DNA of 64,000 bases from an uncultured Candidatus Saccharibacteria bacterium (GTDB lineage Bacteria; Patescibacteriota; Doudnabacteria; UBA920), in NCBI GenBank assembly GCA_964490395.1, contig CAZBAS010000006.1, positions 8,081 through 72,080 of the forward strand, in the 5' to 3' direction. Both the position numbers and the translations under genes were made by a program. The first letter of the stretch is position 1. Every line of letters begins with the position of its first letter. Shown here in pieces: positions 63,243 to 64,000 of this stretch. The notes under the pieces were generated by a model. The model saw nothing but the letters and a program-made list of their open reading frames with translations. It made no database searches and had not been told where the DNA came from.

Positions 63243-63309
63243 TCGTGATCTCCTGATTTTTGTTTGTGTACGTGTACGAGCTTCGTCGTACGGTGTAGAT
63301 AAAAACATG

Positions 63310-63340
63310 AGAGAATAGAGGGGGCCCCTATTCTCTCTGT
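63310..63340 (-). terminator. hairpin GAGAATAG-agggggcccc-CTATTCTC after the upstream minus-strand gene
   Basis: Perfect 8 bp stem with a GC-rich loop, downstream of the stop at 63365. Confidence 0.45.
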
Positions 63341-63364
63341 GGTTATAAATTTGTTGTGGTCGCG

Positions 63365-64000
63365 CTATTTCTTAAGCTTCACGTTATACCTTTGTTTCAA
63401 AACCTCTTCATATAAAGAAAGGAAGTCTTTAAAACGCGGGTCATTTGCGAAAACCTCATAGTAGCGTTCGCGGAATGGGTTGTAGGAAAGATATCTTTTC
63501 TCCACTGTGTTACCAGTGGGGGCTTCGGCCATTGAGGCGTCGGCCCAGTTTTCTTTCTTCCAATGTTTGAAAAATCCTTGCGGGGGCTTGTAGATGATCT
63601 GTAGTCCCCCGGTGAACGGCATGGGTAATTCCGAATGCTTGCTTTTGACCGCTTTTTCCCACAAAACATCTACGATACCCAACGTCCATGTCTTGGTGCC
63701 GTCTGGGGCCGTGTTTATGAGCAAGATCGCTGACGGTTCTGTATCGGACGTATCCCAGTCGTCTAGAATCATCGTTCCTTGCTTTTTGTACTTCAAAGGG
63801 ACGATTCCTGACAGATAAACCCAGTACGCTTCCTGGACTGGAGGAATAGGACGCTGGCCTTCGATTCGCTCGTTGACTAACTTGGCTGCGTCAGCGAATT
63901 TATCTTCTGGTATTGGTTCAAAAGCCGGTGCGGCTTTTGTCGATAACGGGGTTGCTACTGGTAAACTTGCAGCATTTTGCCCGTAAACTAGCATCGAAAG
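63365..64000 (-). CDS. hypothetical protein (the N-terminus may lie beyond the window edge)
   Basis: The ORF is open to within 6 nt of the window end. No family recognised. It lies in GC-richer sequence. Confidence 0.4.
   Translation of the reverse strand, partial: LSMLVYGQNAASLPVATPLSTKAAPAFEPIPEDKFADAAKLVNERIEGQRPIPPVQEAYWVYLSGIVPLKYKKQGTMILDDWDTSDTEPSAILLINTAPDGTKTWTLGIVDVLWEKAVKSKHSELPMPFTGGLQIIYKPPQGFFKHWKKENWADASMAEAPTGNTVEKRYLSYNPFRERYYEVFANDPRFKDFLSLYEEVLKQRYNVKLKK

Overview
This 64 kb window looks like chromosomal DNA from an AT-rich (roughly 42-45% GC by eye), small-genome bacterium. Nothing marks it as a plasmid or a phage; assigning it to a reduced-genome lineage such as Patescibacteria/CPR is only a guess. 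Most of the recognisable genes are housekeeping. These include the aminoacyl-tRNA synthetases leuS, metG and glyQS; pnp and rpsO; the queuosine enzymes tgt and queA; glyA, engB, dus, nfo, tatD, uppP, parB, and a Xer recombinase. There are two MsbA-like ABC exporters and a carotenoid cluster (crtE-crtB-crtI plus a UbiA prenyltransferase and a GT2 glycosyltransferase) lying close to a class II CPD photolyase. I read four tRNAs and one tRNA-like remnant from the sequence. Coordinates I derived by hand, rather than from the ORF track, may be off by 1-2 nt. The most unusual content is repetitive DNA rather than any single gene. (1) A family of GC-rich palindromic elements of about 36 nt (core CCCCTCC-TAAGATA-GGAGGGG-CTAGGGGTGGTAT), with a longer version of about 75 nt. 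These are inserted in-frame into at least four otherwise conserved genes: photolyase, TatD, QueA, and three times into one MEMO1-like fusion protein. They also occur in intergenic DNA. This resembles the Rickettsia palindromic elements. (2) A separate in-frame cluster of GC-rich hairpins inside crtI. (3) A heptanucleotide tandem-repeat family (GAATTAM)n in several 5' leaders, and as six in-frame copies inside metG. (4) A roughly 100 bp intergenic element, present twice, with TGACAAAAATGA / TCATTTTTGTCA termini and triple TTTTGTCA direct repeats. (5) tRNA genes enclosed by 17-19 bp perfect inverted repeats, with an HNH endonuclease gene and a degenerate tRNA copy between the tRNA genes. A GC-richer block of three unannotatable genes (10.3-12.9 kb) contains a possible PD-(D/E)xK nuclease motif. 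The right end (after about 62.3 kb) is a compositionally distinct segment. Both are candidates for acquired DNA.
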